From Eledone cirrhosa (taxonomy: Eukaryota): a stretch of DNA of 64,000 bases. The notes under the pieces were generated by a model, which made no database searches, was not told where the DNA came from, and saw only the letters and a program-made list of their open reading frames with translations. The stretch lies in the NCBI GenBank assembly GCA_964016885.1, contig OZ024742.1, forward strand, positions 231,756,001-231,820,000, read 5' to 3'. Position 1 is the stretch's first letter, and every line of letters begins with the position of its first letter. A program made the position numbers and the translations under genes. This document shows positions 26,122 through 39,389 of the stretch, piece by piece.

Positions 26122-27012
26122 TATGAATAAAAAATGGCGAGCTGTGTTGTTGCAATTATGTATAAAAAATGAAGAATTAAAAATAGAAGTCAGGATTAAC
26201 CATCATCAGTTGTCTACTAGACATCATAGGTATTTCTTTGCGTTACAGACAATATACCTCCGTCTAGGGCGATACAATAACTAAAATAAATTATTGGGAT
26301 AAAAAAGACAAGTAAACAGACATGAATGGCGAGGCAACGTGAAGAGAGGAAAAAATGAAAAAATCAAGTCAATAATTCATTTCGAACATAAGAACGGGCG
26401 AATATTGACGAGAACGAAAAGACACATCTTAGCCATACCGATGTGAGCGAGAGGAAAGATCGCATATGGTGTGGGACGATGGAGGAAGTGAGAGAGAGGG
26501 TGAAAGTGCGAGGAAGAGGCTAGCCGAGAGAGGGTGACTAGGAGAGTGAAAGTAAGAGGAAGAAGGAGAGAGAAAGAGGATAGCAGCAAGGGAAGAGAAA
26601 AACGACAGGTCACAGCAAAGGGGAAAGCATATATGAATAAAAAATGGCGAGCTGTGTTGTTGAAATTATGTATAAAAAATGAAGAATTAGAAATAGAAGT
26701 CAGTATTTCTCGCTCACATCGGTATGGCTAAGATGTGTCTTTTCGTTCTCGTCAATATTCGCCCGTTCTTATGTTCGAAATGAATTATTGATTTGATTTT
26801 TTCATTTTTTCCTCTCTTTACGTTGTTTCACCATTCATGTCTATTTACTTGTCTTTCTCTTTCTCCACCCAACTCTTTTTTTATCCCAATAACTTATTTT
26901 AGTTATTGTATCGCCCTAGACGGAGGTATATTGTCTGTAATGCGAAGAAATACCTATGATGTCTAGTAGACAACTGATGATGGATAATCCTGACTTCTAT
27001 TTCTAATTCTTC

Positions 27013-27022
<10 letters not shown>
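26122..27022. repeat. Rearranged repeat: about 72-bp direct repeat plus about 300-bp inverted duplication
   Basis: 26122-26193 is repeated at about 26632-26703. 26708-27022 is the reverse complement of about 26161-26452. Both ends lie in (TA)n. Confidence 0.85.
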
Positions 27023-27054
<32 letters not shown>

Positions 27055-29265
27055 TTCATGGCAGAAGATAGTCATGACAGGTTGTACATAAAATTTCTGA
27101 TAATAGAAAATATGTACCTTTATCAACAAAGACAATGAAACTTCTAGTTCCTTGAATGTCCAACTGATAATATATATATATAATATGAAAAAAATATATA
27201 TATATATAATATAATATGAAAAAACAATGTTGTCTCTGATCGAGACAAAGTACCCATCACTGTTAAAGACAGTGATGGGCAAAAATGCACCAGAGGACAG
27301 AACCAGCAGTTAGAAGTCAACACAGAGACAATCAACAAGGTGGGTGACAGGCAGATGAAATATAGAGAACAAGGAGAAGTGTATTTGCGCATCGATTTTC
27401 CCATATCACGTCCAACGTTATGATTTTAGTGTTGTTTGCAAGATTCGTTGGTGGCAGAAATATCATAAGACTTTATAACTTTTTTTACATGATTTATTTA
27501 CAACCGAAACAGGTTTACAAAATGTATTGCTGGCATACTATAAAAGTGAATTAACAAAATAAGTGTTTGATGCAAAGAAAGTGGTCCCTAGCCAACAGGG
27601 CAATATTTCTTGATTACCGTTACATTTCTGCTAGTGTTGACACGGAAAGTAAAAATGGATGTTAACTTCTTGATGTCAACGCAGCAACTAGAATGAAGTC
27701 AACAAAGAAGCGTGAAAATCTTTGTTTGGGTGGAAGTTGCTGATATTCATGCGCGACTTATGATTGGTCAACCTAACCAAATTGTGCAAGAAAGATTAAT
27801 GTTGCGAGCTACGAAGCCACGCTGCTACATATTTATATTACGGCCATATAACAGTATTAGACTTTGTGGTTTCCCAAAAGTTTCAGAATCAAAAAGGGTT
27901 CCACGTTTGAAAAGGTTTGGGAAACCCTGATCTAGATGATTGACGCTATAAATAAATGCATAAAAACTTACAAATACTGTTAACTGTAATTCTAAATTTG
28001 TTATTTTGCTACTGGACACAATGTAAAGCTTTATTTCTGTCATCCGATTTGAATTTTTTTTTTTTTTTAGAAATATATATATTTATTAATCAATGTAAAG
28101 TAGAAGTACATATTGATGGAGGAAATCGGCAGTGCGGAGACGAAGGACACCAGAGGTCTCGACGTTACGTACCTGTTACGATGGATAACGGGATACTGGG
28201 GGACGGCAAGCCTTTTTCGGTCGAATCAGCCAGAGCTGACTCCAGCTTCCAGGCCACGTCAGGATCTCGTTGATGGGGGTAGGCTGAAGGAAATTGAGGA
28301 GAGATAGACCGGCAGTACCAAGCCAAGAGTGGATGGAAGACTTGGCACCTCAAGCGAGCAACTGTATTTATTACAATAAATATTTTGTATGTTAGACTTC
28401 AGTTATCCTTAGGTATAACCTGAAACTTACACTTTGTCAAATAAAGTATAGGGTGGGACAAAAGTCACTTCCCATAAACAAAATTCATAATTTTTTTTCT
28501 TCTTTCAGATTAAAGTTGAATAAAAACAAGATCCAATTACGGAATTTAATTTAAAGATAAAAAAATTAGTTTTGAGTTAATTCGTAATGTTTTATTAATA
28601 ACAATAAGTAAGAAGTGATTTTGGGGTACCCTGTATAAGTGGCACTCAAAAAGGATCACACAATGTACCTAGAGTATGTAATGCCCCGGGAAGCCATTGA
28701 GTTTGCTGCCCTCACCAAAAAACACATGTTGCAAGCTTATACAACAGTCCCAAAAGTGTTCCCTGGGGTGGACAGTCCTCCCTCTAGCTACGCTATTGAC
28801 GTGACTGAGTAATTAATAGTTTCTGATTTAGGCACAAGGCTAGCAATTTTTTGGGGTAAGAGAAAGTCGATTAAATCAACCCCAGTGCGTGACTGGTACT
28901 TTATTTTATCGATCCCGTAAGGATCTGTAGTAAGACGCCTCACGCCTCCTGGCGGATAATGGACCAGGCCTAATTGTCTCCCCCTGGTTGAGAACACCAG
29001 ATGTAAATAGAGACAGCCACGGGAAAGCAGACGGTATACACGCCACAGAAAACAGCCTCTGTACCACGAAACGATAAACAGCCCTCGGGACCAGCAAACA
29101 CCACAATACCTTTGTAATTGTAAAACAGCCTCTGTACCACGAAAGGATAAACAGCCCTCGGGAACAGCAAATAGCAAACCCCACAATACCTTTGTAATTG
29201 TAATACGCTCCCATCACAACAACTGGATCACGTATATATTTGGTATGTTTCATTTGTAATATAAT

Positions 29266-29440
29266 TGTTTCTACATTTGGCACAAGGCCAGCAATTATCC
29301 AGTACGTTACTGGTACTTTATTTTATCGACCTCGTAAGGATGAAAGGCAAAGTTAACCTCGGCGGGATTTGAACTCAGACCATAAAGGGCCGTAACTCTT
29401 TGCTGCAAAGCATGGCGTCCGACCATCTACCGATACTGCC
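29266..29440 (-). mobile_element. SINE family 1 inserted in the Gypsy 5' LTR
   Basis: Absent from the 3' LTR. Flanked by the duplication aatataat. Confidence 0.9.
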
Positions 29441-30294
29441 AATATAATAAACACATATAAACAAAATAAACATCATTATTTACATTTGTTGAATATAACT
29501 CTCATTGTGGTTATTGTCTTGTTTACGCACACACCCACTCACTTGTTATAATTCTCACTTACAAAAATGGTAAATAGACGAGGGACCTTCCCTCACGTCT
29601 ATGTCGATAAACAATCCAACTAGGATACTTCATTTTACCACACTGGTGACCGACGTAAGAATTTTACGCAGCCTTTTTATTCAGTTGAACTTCACTGTTA
29701 TTACCACGTTGCCAACCTTTTCGCAACTTACGAAAATACAAAAAAAAGGACAGAGAAATAATAAAGTGTTTATACCGTATTGACAAGGTATACAAACCAG
29801 CCAAAAAATGTTTCCAAGATGGCGTTGCTTTCCTTCGCCGTTTTGTAATTTTCCGCCAGGACAGGGACATTTTGAATTGCGTGTGTGTTCCATATTTGAT
29901 CAAGGGAAAAAAAAAATGTTTGTGAACATTACTGCCCCGCAGGGGATATACATGCCTTACTTTTTTTCTAAGGGATTTTTAGCCACAGGCTACCTATTGT
30001 TGATATCCAACGTAGATATATTCTAAGACAAACATTTTTTTTTCTCTTTTTCACGGGTTATTTGATTTGGCTGGCCCGTTGAAGCAACACAAGGGGACAG
30101 ACGTTGAAGGAAAACATTTTTTTTTAAAAATATATATATGTATTTTATGTATTTTTCCTATTTCCTAATGTTTTGAATGTCTGTTACTTTTTGACCTTTC
30201 ATTTTTTTTCCATATCGGGTGTTTGCTTTTCCCTGTAGGAGGGAACATTAATTGCTGTTTATATATATATATTTTTAATTTTAAACGTTTCACA

Positions 30295-31063
30295 ATGAAT
30301 GCGCCACATTTGCCCACCTTTATCGGAAACCCTAAGCTGTGGTTCGCCCAGCTACAGGCGTATTTTACTTTCTGTAAGACCGAGCCTGACCAGCGCCTCG
30401 CTGTCTTGATTAGCGGACTTCCCCCTAATCTAGCAGATTCGGTCCAAGACCTAATTACAGACCCCCCCCCCCCCCTCTGACTTAACGTATGAGTCTTTAA
30501 AAGGCGAGATCTTGAGAAGGAACTGTAAGTCGGTAGAGAGTCGTTTTCGGTCATTGATCGAGGACGAACGATTAGGTGACAGGACCCCTACCGCTTTTCT
30601 CCGGCATTTGCGGGAATTGAGCGATTCCCGGGATCAGGATAGCCCTTTCCTGAAGCAATTGTTCTTCTCTCGCCTACCTCAAGAGGTACAGGCGATCCTA
30701 GCCCATATGCTAGAAGTAAATACTCTCGACCACATTGCTGTCTCTGCTGACAAAATTGTAGAAGTGACGAAGAGAGACACTTCGAAGCCAAAGTACGTTG
30801 CTTCCTCTTCTCTTCCTCAATCACGCTCATCAGCTAGTGATGAGAAATTAGTCAAAACAATGGAAGCCATGACTCGTCAAATGGTGGAGTTGTGCAGGGA
30901 ATTCAGGTCTTTTGGACGGCAGAGGAGCCGCTCACGATCTTATTCAACACCTTCCAAAACATCAAATAAAACATATTGTTATTACCATGACAAATATGGT
31001 GACAAAGCCGCCCATTATAGGCCTCCTTGTGCTTACATGGGAAACGACGACCAGAGTCACTAA
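30295..31063 (+). pseudogene. Gypsy gag (frameshift at the poly-C run near 30462-30476)
   Basis: PKLWFAQLQAYF...LGDRTPTAFLRHLR...[18 protein letters not shown], a CHCC-type knuckle with one Cys-to-Tyr change. Confidence 0.85.
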
Positions 31064-31082
31064 CGGCGGATAGTGCGCTCTG
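31039..31082 (+). promoter_or_regulatory. -1 programmed ribosomal frameshift signal (gag-pol)
   Basis: Slippery heptamer G GGA AAC in the gag frame, followed by the hairpin cagag-tcacta...tagtg-ctctg. pol is in the -1 frame. Confidence 0.8.
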
Positions 31083-34000
31083 CGAAACATCATCCAACCG
31101 CCACTTTTTCATTGAGGACCTGCTATCAGGTAGAGCCTTTCTGGTTGACACAGGTGCAGCTTGTTCAATATGGCCTGTGTGTTGTATGAAGGAGACTCTC
31201 CCTGAGACACCTATTGAGTTGCAGGCAGTAAATTGTTCGCCGATTCGAACCTTCGGACAAATCTCGCTACCTTTGCAGTTCCGTAATCTGCGGCGTGAGT
31301 TTAAATGGATATTTACTGTCGCTGCTTTGCCGTATCCGATACTAGGCGCGGATTTTCTCCACCATTTTTCATTGACGGTGGACCTCCGTCGTAAACGCCT
31401 AATTGATGGCATCACTGGTTTAACTGTTGTTGGCAAGGCAGCAGGAGTTCCAACGGTTAGCCCGACCTTTTTTCTTGCTAACACCGGTGATACTTACCAT
31501 GCGTTGTTGAACTCGTTCCCGCAACTGACTCAGGGAAATTTTCGAGTTGATGAACCAACTCATACCACGGAGCACAACATAACTACAACTGGTGCTCCCG
31601 TTTTCTCTCGTCCTCGTCGCTTGCCTCCGGACAAACTCAAAGCAGCACGATCAAAGTTTGATCATATGCTGCAGTTGGGGATTATTCGTCCGTCCACGAG
31701 CCCGTGGGCGTCCCCATTACACATGGTACCGAAAGCGACTGGCGATTGGAGCCCTACTGGAGATTATCGACGCTTAAATTCGATAACGGAACCGGACCGT
31801 TATCCTATCCCTCATCTGCAAGACTTTGACTCTTCGTTGCAAGGATGCAAGATATTCTCCAAACTGGATTTAATTCGTGCGTACCATCAAATTCCTGTCC
31901 ATAAAAATGACATTCCAAAAACGGCTATAGTTACGCCATTTGGGTAATTTGAGTTTTTGACCATGCCGTTCGGATTAAGGAATGCCGCTAGTACGTTTCA
32001 GCGGTTTATGGATGAGGTTATTCGTGGCCTCGATTTCGTCTATACCTATATTGACGACCTGCTCATTGCTAGTTCTTCTCAAGAGCAACATATGCACCAT
32101 TTGAATTTTCTTTTCCGCCGATTGAAGGCGTATAACGTGCAGATTAATGCACCCAAATGTGTTTTTGATACTGAGTCACTGACTTTCTTGGGTCACGTCA
32201 TCGATGCTGACGGTATTCGACCCCGGCCTGAGCGAGTTAAGGTCATAGAGGATTTGCCTCCACCGACTTCACTACGTCAGTTACGCCAGTTCTTAGGCCT
32301 GATTAACTTTTATAGGCGTTTCGTGCCAAATTGTGCAAGATTGCTTTTCTCCCTGACAGAAATTTTAAAAAATTGTCGGAAGAAGAATGCAGACATTTCG
32401 TTGACCGAGGCTCAACTTGCTGATTTTCAGCACGCCAAAACTGCTTTGGCTAATGCCTCTTTATTGGCTCACCCGGTACCCGGTGCAAAGCTAACGCTTT
32501 GTGTTGATGCATCGGATATCGCTGTGGGCGCAGTGCTACAGCAAAACATCAATGGTTACCAGCAACCGCTGGAGTTTTTTCCCAGAAAGCTGAAACCTGC
32601 TGAGACGCGCTAGAGCACCTTTGGAAGGGAGCTTTTAGCCATCTATTTGGCCGTGAAACATTTTTCACATATGCTAGAGGGTAGACTGTTTACTATCCTC
32701 ACTGACCATAAACCATTGACTTTTGCGTTGAGAGCGAAGGCTGATAAATACTCGCCCACAGAGACGAGACACCTTGATTTCATCTCGCAATATACGAATG
32801 ATATCCAACACATTCCGGGTTCACTAAATACAGCGGCCGATGCTTTGTCCCGCTTACCCGTGACAGCGATCTCGTCACCCTCTGACATAGATCTGACTCG
32901 TTTGGCTGCGGATCAGCCTCCCCTTGAGTCATTGGATGTTACATCGCCCGAGTTTGCGAATTGCGAGATGAAATACTTGCCTCTGTCGACTGCAGTTGGC
33001 CAAATTCTCTGCGACGTCTCTTTGGACGTGCCTAGGCCCTTCGTTCCAGAGAATCATCGTCGGACCGTGTTTCTGGCATTACATTGTTTCTCGCATCCAG
33101 GATCTTCTGCCACAGCAAAGCTCATATCAGCTAGATTTTTCTGGCTAAATATGAGGCGTGAAATTGCTGCTTGGTGCCGTTCCTGCGTCGCTTGCCAGAA
33201 ATCAAAGGTCCATCGACACGTCAAGGCTCCCTTGGGTACCTTTACTAACACAGATACGCGTTTTTCGCACATTCATATTGATATAGTGGGACCTTGGCCT
33301 GTCAGCGACGGTTATTCTTATCTGCTGACAATAATTGACCGTTTTTCGAGATGGCCTGAAGCCATCCCCTTGAAAAACATCACCGCTGAGACAACAGCGC
33401 GTGCTCTTGTGTCTGGATGGATCTCTCGTTATGGAGTTCCATCCACAGTAACTACTGAACGTGGACGACAGTTCGAGACGAGCCTTTTCCTCGAATTGTC
33501 AAAATTAATTGGTGCTAAACGCATCAGAACTACGGCGTACCATCCCGCTTCGAATGGTATGGTGGAGCGTTTTCACCGACAACTGAAGGCCTCCTTAATG
33601 GCCTCAATGGACTCGGCGCATTGGAGCGAGTACCTGCCTATTGTGCTACTAGGGATTCGGTCAACGGTGAAGGTCGACTTTGGATTTTCACCGGCCGAAG
33701 TACTGTACGGTGCCCCTCTGACGTTGCCCGGGCAAATGCTTGCCCCTATCGATCTTGATGCCCAAGATCACGCTTCCTACGTGTCCCGTTTGCGCTTCTA
33801 TTTCCAGGATTTGCCGCCAATGGACACTAGGAAACAAACTGTCAAGACTGCTGTCCCGAGGGATGTTGCCTCGTGGACGCATGTCTTTGTAAGGAAAGAT
33901 TCTGTGAAGCCCCCGCTCACACAGCCTTACACTGGACCTTACCGTGTCTTAGCGCGCTCGGCTAAGCATGTCACTTTAGATATTAAAGGGTCCAGGGAGA

Positions 34001-34225
34001 CAGTTATAATAGACAGGCTTAAGCAGGCACACCTTGACACGGACGCTGTGGTTCCTGATCCACGAACCCCTTCGTATTTGCCTGTTGAGCGAACGCCTGT
34101 TCCTGAACCACCATCATTCATCGCCTGTCCCTACACCACCACCATCGCCACGTTACAAGACCACGACCCGTTCAGGTCGTAGGGTCCACTGGCCCAAAAT
34201 ATTTTGCAGCACCGTCTATATTTAG
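31039..34225 (+). pseudogene. Gypsy pol (PR-RT-RH-IN) with two in-frame stops
   Basis: One frame across ORFs 31027-31947, 31957-32613 and 32647-34182, broken by TAA at 31945 and TAG at 32611. The second integrase catalytic Asp reads Glu (TTERG). Late frameshift near the C-terminus. Confidence 0.92.
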
Positions 34226-36406
34226 ACTATGTTAGCTGCACCTTTTTTTTTTTTTGCTTCTGTGTTTCTGCTTTTTCTTTGCCTTTTTTTTATGCATGCA
34301 TGTTGTGTTTTTTAACATTTTTCAAATCCTTATTCTGGATTTAATGATTAGCAGAGCGAATAGCTGCCCCTTGTTGCATTGTTCGCCATCTTACTCCACG
34401 TGTGAGTAATAACATCGATTTTCGATGATTTGAAAATCTGGCAGGGGGTACTGTAATAAGACGCCTCACGCCTCCTGGCGGATAATGGACCAGGCCTAGT
34501 TGTCTCCCCCTGGTTGAGAACACCAGAGGTAAACAGACAGCCACGGGAAAGCAGACGGTATACACGCCACAGAAAACAGCCTCTGTACTACGAAACGATA
34601 AACAGCCCTCGGGAACAGCAAACACCACAATACCTTTGTAATTGTAAAACAGCCTCTGTACCACGAAACGATAAACAGCCCTCGGGAACAGCAAACACCA
34701 CAATACCTTTGTAATTGTAAAACAGCCTCTGTACCACGAAACGATAAACAGCCCTCGGGAACAGCAAACACCACAATACCTTTGTAATTGTAAAACAGCC
34801 TCTGTACCACGAAACGATAAACAGCCAAGGGAACAGCAAACAGCAAACCCCACAATAGCTTTGTAATTGTAATACGCTCCCATCACAACAACTGGATTAC
34901 GTATATATTTGGTATGTTTCATTTGTAATATAATAAATACACATAAACAAAATAAACATCACCATTATTTACATTTGTTGAATATAACTCTCGTTGTGGT
35001 TATTGTCTTGTTTACGCACACACCCACTCACTTTGTTATAATTCTCACTTACAAAAATGGTAAATAGACGAGGGACCTTCCCTCACGTCTATGTCGATAA
35101 ACAATCCAACTAGGATACATCCTTTTACCACAGATGAAAGGTAAATTTAACCTCGGCGGGACTTGAACTCAGAACGTAAAGGATCGTAACTCTATGTCGC
35201 GAAGCAGGGTGTCCGACGCTCTACTGATACTGCCAATCCCAACAAGTTTCGGTTCATTTTATTATACCCTTATGTGGTTGCTAGAAACAACAGCAGCCAA
35301 ATATCCTAGAGTTCACACTCTATCGTATTAATTTGTGTATAACATTTACTGATTGCCTAAAAGTATCGAAGTTTGAAAATAATATAGAAAATTTGTGGAT
35401 TGTAGCCCCATCAAAGTAGTAAGTAGCCCTCATAAAAAAGACGCGAAGTCCTGGAAATTATCATAATTTTAACTCTGTCGATGTTTCAACACAGTTTTTT
35501 TATTTGTATTACTTTAAATATTTTTATAGTCAAGTATGCAGAAAATACATTGAATCGTGTAAATACATATAATATCGAGGAATATTACAATGAATCATGT
35601 AAATACATATAATATAGAGGATATATTACCACTAAGAAGTAGATTGCATTATAAACCAAGTCGGACTTTGAACCTTGAACTAGAACATTCTCTTCACTGA
35701 TACAAAGTCAACATTTACTCTAAGTTGAATTTCATACACGAAGACCAATAAATTGTATTCGTTCGCTTTAAGGTAACAATGAATGTTGTCAACTAGGAAG
35801 GTTCTACGTGCTAGCTTGGCTTGTTGGAAATAGTAGCCAACTTCTCTCAAATCAAAGACTTCATAGGATAATATAGTTTTATATACATAGATGGGCTTCT
35901 GTCGGTTCCAACGAAGAGTGTCCCAGACCAACAAAACAACTTGCTCATGGAATTAACGTGCAAGTGGCTGAACATTCCATAGATATGCGTTCTCTTATCG
36001 TAGTTCATTGGGAGAATCAGTATGAAACAAAGTGTGACAAAGCTGACCCTTTGAATTACAGGTACCACTCAATTTTGCCAGCTGAGTAGATTGGAGCAAA
36101 GTAAAATAAAGTGTCTTGCTCAAGAAAACAATGCGCCACAGGGAATCAAACTCATGATCTCAGGATCGTGAGCCGAATATCTTAACCACTAAGCTACCAA
36201 AATATAGTTTTAGATGCATAATACATAAAATATAACAGAAAATAAGAGATTGGGGATAATCGTTGTTGAGCATAGATAAGTCTTTCCCAATTAGAGACAA
36301 ATAGGCATATAAACAATAACTTCTATTTAGCATGTAACACATAGGGTAGATTCTCCACCAGTCACGACGATGAGCCTAACATTTTGCAATAATCTCGATA
36401 GACACG

Positions 36407-39389
36407 TGTAGCGAAATCTGTCCACGCCTTGAACCTTGGGTGACACCTAGAGGTCAAACTCTAGGTCACCACCCTTTTGGTGTGAACAGGATCATGCGTT
36501 GGCTATCCCCTCAAGGTGGGAGACAGAAAGCGACAGGTATATAAAGCCTATATTTTCCCACCTTACATAGAGAGAGATCGGAGCACCACGATACAGACAA
36601 GCTATGTAAAAGATTCACCGCTACCTTCAGGCCCCAGAGGTCTACAGACATACAGAGTGATCGGAGCAGTACGCTATTACAAGCTATGTGAAAGATTCAC
36701 CGCTATCTACAGGCCACAGTGGTCTACAGTCAACTACAGACCATTATATCTCTCTCTTGGTCGCAGACTACACCAGTCTCATGAACCAACAACAAAATAA
36801 CATTGTCAACCTTCGCAACTCATGGTAATATGTTTATTGTTCTTTTTTACTCAAGTGAAGTAAACCTTTATATATAAACTAAATCGGCCTTTCTTGTTAT
36901 TTCATCTAACAACTTTGTTATAATCATTCATCTAACAACTACTAATACCCTTCGTTAAATTGGTGAACCCGACGTGATTAAAAAAAAAAATACGAAGTGG
37001 TATTTAAAAAAAAAGAAAACAACACGCAAACTTTTTTTCAACATGGCCCAACATCTAACAATTTTCTCAGCAATATATAATTACCAAGCTTCTCATCTAT
37101 ATGGTACAATATGATAAAACTTCACTTTTTCAAATTATTCACCTAACTTCCATTCTACGGAATATATACAGTAACTTCGCTTTGATTTTTCAATTCATTA
37201 CCAAACACTTCACCACTTGCTTCGTAATCTCAACAACAATAGACAATACAACTTTAACGAAGGGTAAAAATGAATTAAGAAGTAGTTATTGTTAGATGGA
37301 ATAACATGAATAATAAGAATAAATGATTTGGTTTATATATGGTTTACTTCACGTGAATCAATTAAAAAGTACAATAAAACAGTTACCAAGAGTTGTTAAT
37401 TTTATTATTGTTGCTGATGTGAAAACAGTGAGCGAACAGATAATGTTGTTGGAAGTTGGAGTCCGTGGTAGTAATTCTGAGACCGTAGTGAGTAAGAGAG
37501 AGAGAGAGAGAGATGGTTTGTATACCTCTGTTATGGTCTGTAGTAACTGTGAACTACCGTGGCCGCAGACAGCGGTGAATCTTCCACATTAGTGTTCTGT
37601 AGTAGTAGGGCTCCAATCACTCTGTATTTCTGAGGACCTCTGGGGACTGAAGTTAGCGGTTAATCTTTACATAATTTGTTGTGTATCCTAGCGCTCCGAT
37701 GTCTCTGTCTAAACGTGGGATGATAAAGGCTTTCTATACCTGTCGCTTCCTGTCTCCTACCTTGAGGGGATAGCCAACGCATCAACCTGTTCACACCAAA
37801 AGGGTGATGACCTAGAATTTGACCTTTAGGTGTCACCCAAGGTTCAAGGCGTGGACAGATCTCGCTACACTACTAGCTCCCTAGCAAGAAAACGATCACA
37901 TAAAGAAGAGAAAACTGAACTAATAGTAAAGAACAATTATATAAATATATATATATATTTTTTTTTACAGGTTATATATGAACGTTCATTTTATTGTTTT
38001 ATTCGTTTTACTGTATTATATGCCTGTATGAACATACACGTTTTGCATCAAACACACATCATTTTCTTTGTCACACACCAACATGTTTTTGTCTATGGTA
38101 TATTCTGGATTCGGTTGGGTTTCTGCGTGATCACTTTTCAACTGGTCGAGGTACGGAAACAGCTATTAAACACATGAGAATCAACCCACGGGTACTACTC
38201 GCTTGGACTCACTCAAGAACGCAACTCAACATTACACTCACTCATGTCATAGCATAAACCTCGACTCACTGGAAAAGCATCTTACGTATGATAATACATC
38301 GAGATTCAACGGGTCAAGGTTCGGCAACAGCTATTAAACACATGATAAACAACCCACGGTTACTACTTGCTTGAACTCACTCAAGCACGCTTGGACTCAC
38401 TCAAGCACTCATGGACTCACTCAGGCATGCCTGGACTCACTCAGGCGGGCAACTCAAAATTGCGCACACTCATGTCATAGCGTAAACTTCAACTCACTGG
38501 AAGAGAATCTTACGTATGATGATACATCGAGAGAAATATTCCTCTGTGTTATCATATCGTAATCCGATACCGTAACCCCAACGTTCAGCCATCCATACAC
38601 AACAGTTCGAAATACATGATCACAACTTTGTATATTTACAGTTTCTTCTAAATGTTACACACACAGATGCATACACAGTTATACGATTTTTTTTTTCTCT
38701 CTCCAAATTTCTCTGCACTCGAAATGCGGCCGCAGTACCCACATTTTGTGTGTTTTGGGACACGCTTCTGGAATCAGATTTCGCTACCCCTTTTATAATC
38801 GATTGCTGCTCCTGCATAGATCTGGGTAGGGAACTAATGTAGCGAAATATGTCCACACCTTGAACCTTGGGTGACACCTAGAGGTCAAACTCTAGGTCAC
38901 CACCCTTTTGGTGTGAACAGGATCATGCGTGGGCTATCTCCTCAAGGTGGGAGACAGAAAGCGACAGGTATATAAAGCCTATATTTTCCCACCTTACATA
39001 GAGAGAGATCGGAGCACCACGATACAGACAAGCTATGTAAAAGATTCACCGCTACCTTCAGGCCCCAGAGGTCTACAGACATACAGAGCGATCGGAGCAG
39101 TACGCTATTACAAGCTATGTGAAAGATTCACCGCTATCTACAGGCCACAGTGGTCTACAGTCAACTACAGACCATTATCTCTCTCTCTTGGTCGCAGACT
39201 ACACCAGTCTCATGAACCAACAACAAAATAACATTGTCAACCTTCGCAACTCATGGTAATATGTTTATTGTTCTTTTTTACTCAAGTGAAGTAAACCTTT
39301 ATATATAAACTAAATCATTTATTCTTGTTATTTCATCTAATAACCGTGTTAATCCATCTAACAATATCTTACTAATATCCTTCGTTAAA
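36407..39389 (+). mobile_element. Non-autonomous (non-coding) LTR retroelement
   Basis: Near-identical LTRs of about 550 bp at 36407-36959 and 38838-39389. PBS tggtgaacccgacgtgatt (tRNA-Trp). PPT gggtagggaactaa. TSD cacg/catg. No retroviral ORF inside. Confidence 0.9.
37253..37869 (-). mobile_element. Inverted solo LTR of a related subfamily nested in the element above
   Basis: Reverse complement begins tgtagcgagatctgtccacgcc and ends cttcgttaaa. TSD caac/ctac. Confidence 0.85.

Larger units (their letters stand above)
28926..35132 (+). mobile_element. Full-length Ty3/Gypsy LTR retrotransposon, CsRn1-like, inactivated
   Basis: LTRs 28926-29642 and 34452-35132 (TG...CA). TSD gatc/gatg. PBS tggtgac--cgacgt is tRNA-Trp-like. 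PPT gcagggggtac. Domain order gag, PR (LVDTGA), RT (YIDD), RNase H, integrase. Confidence 0.96.

Noticed and set aside
36516-36800. 94-100-aa ORF repeated at 38929-39231
   Set aside because: Lies within the LTRs, so the duplication reflects LTR identity; no protein motif.
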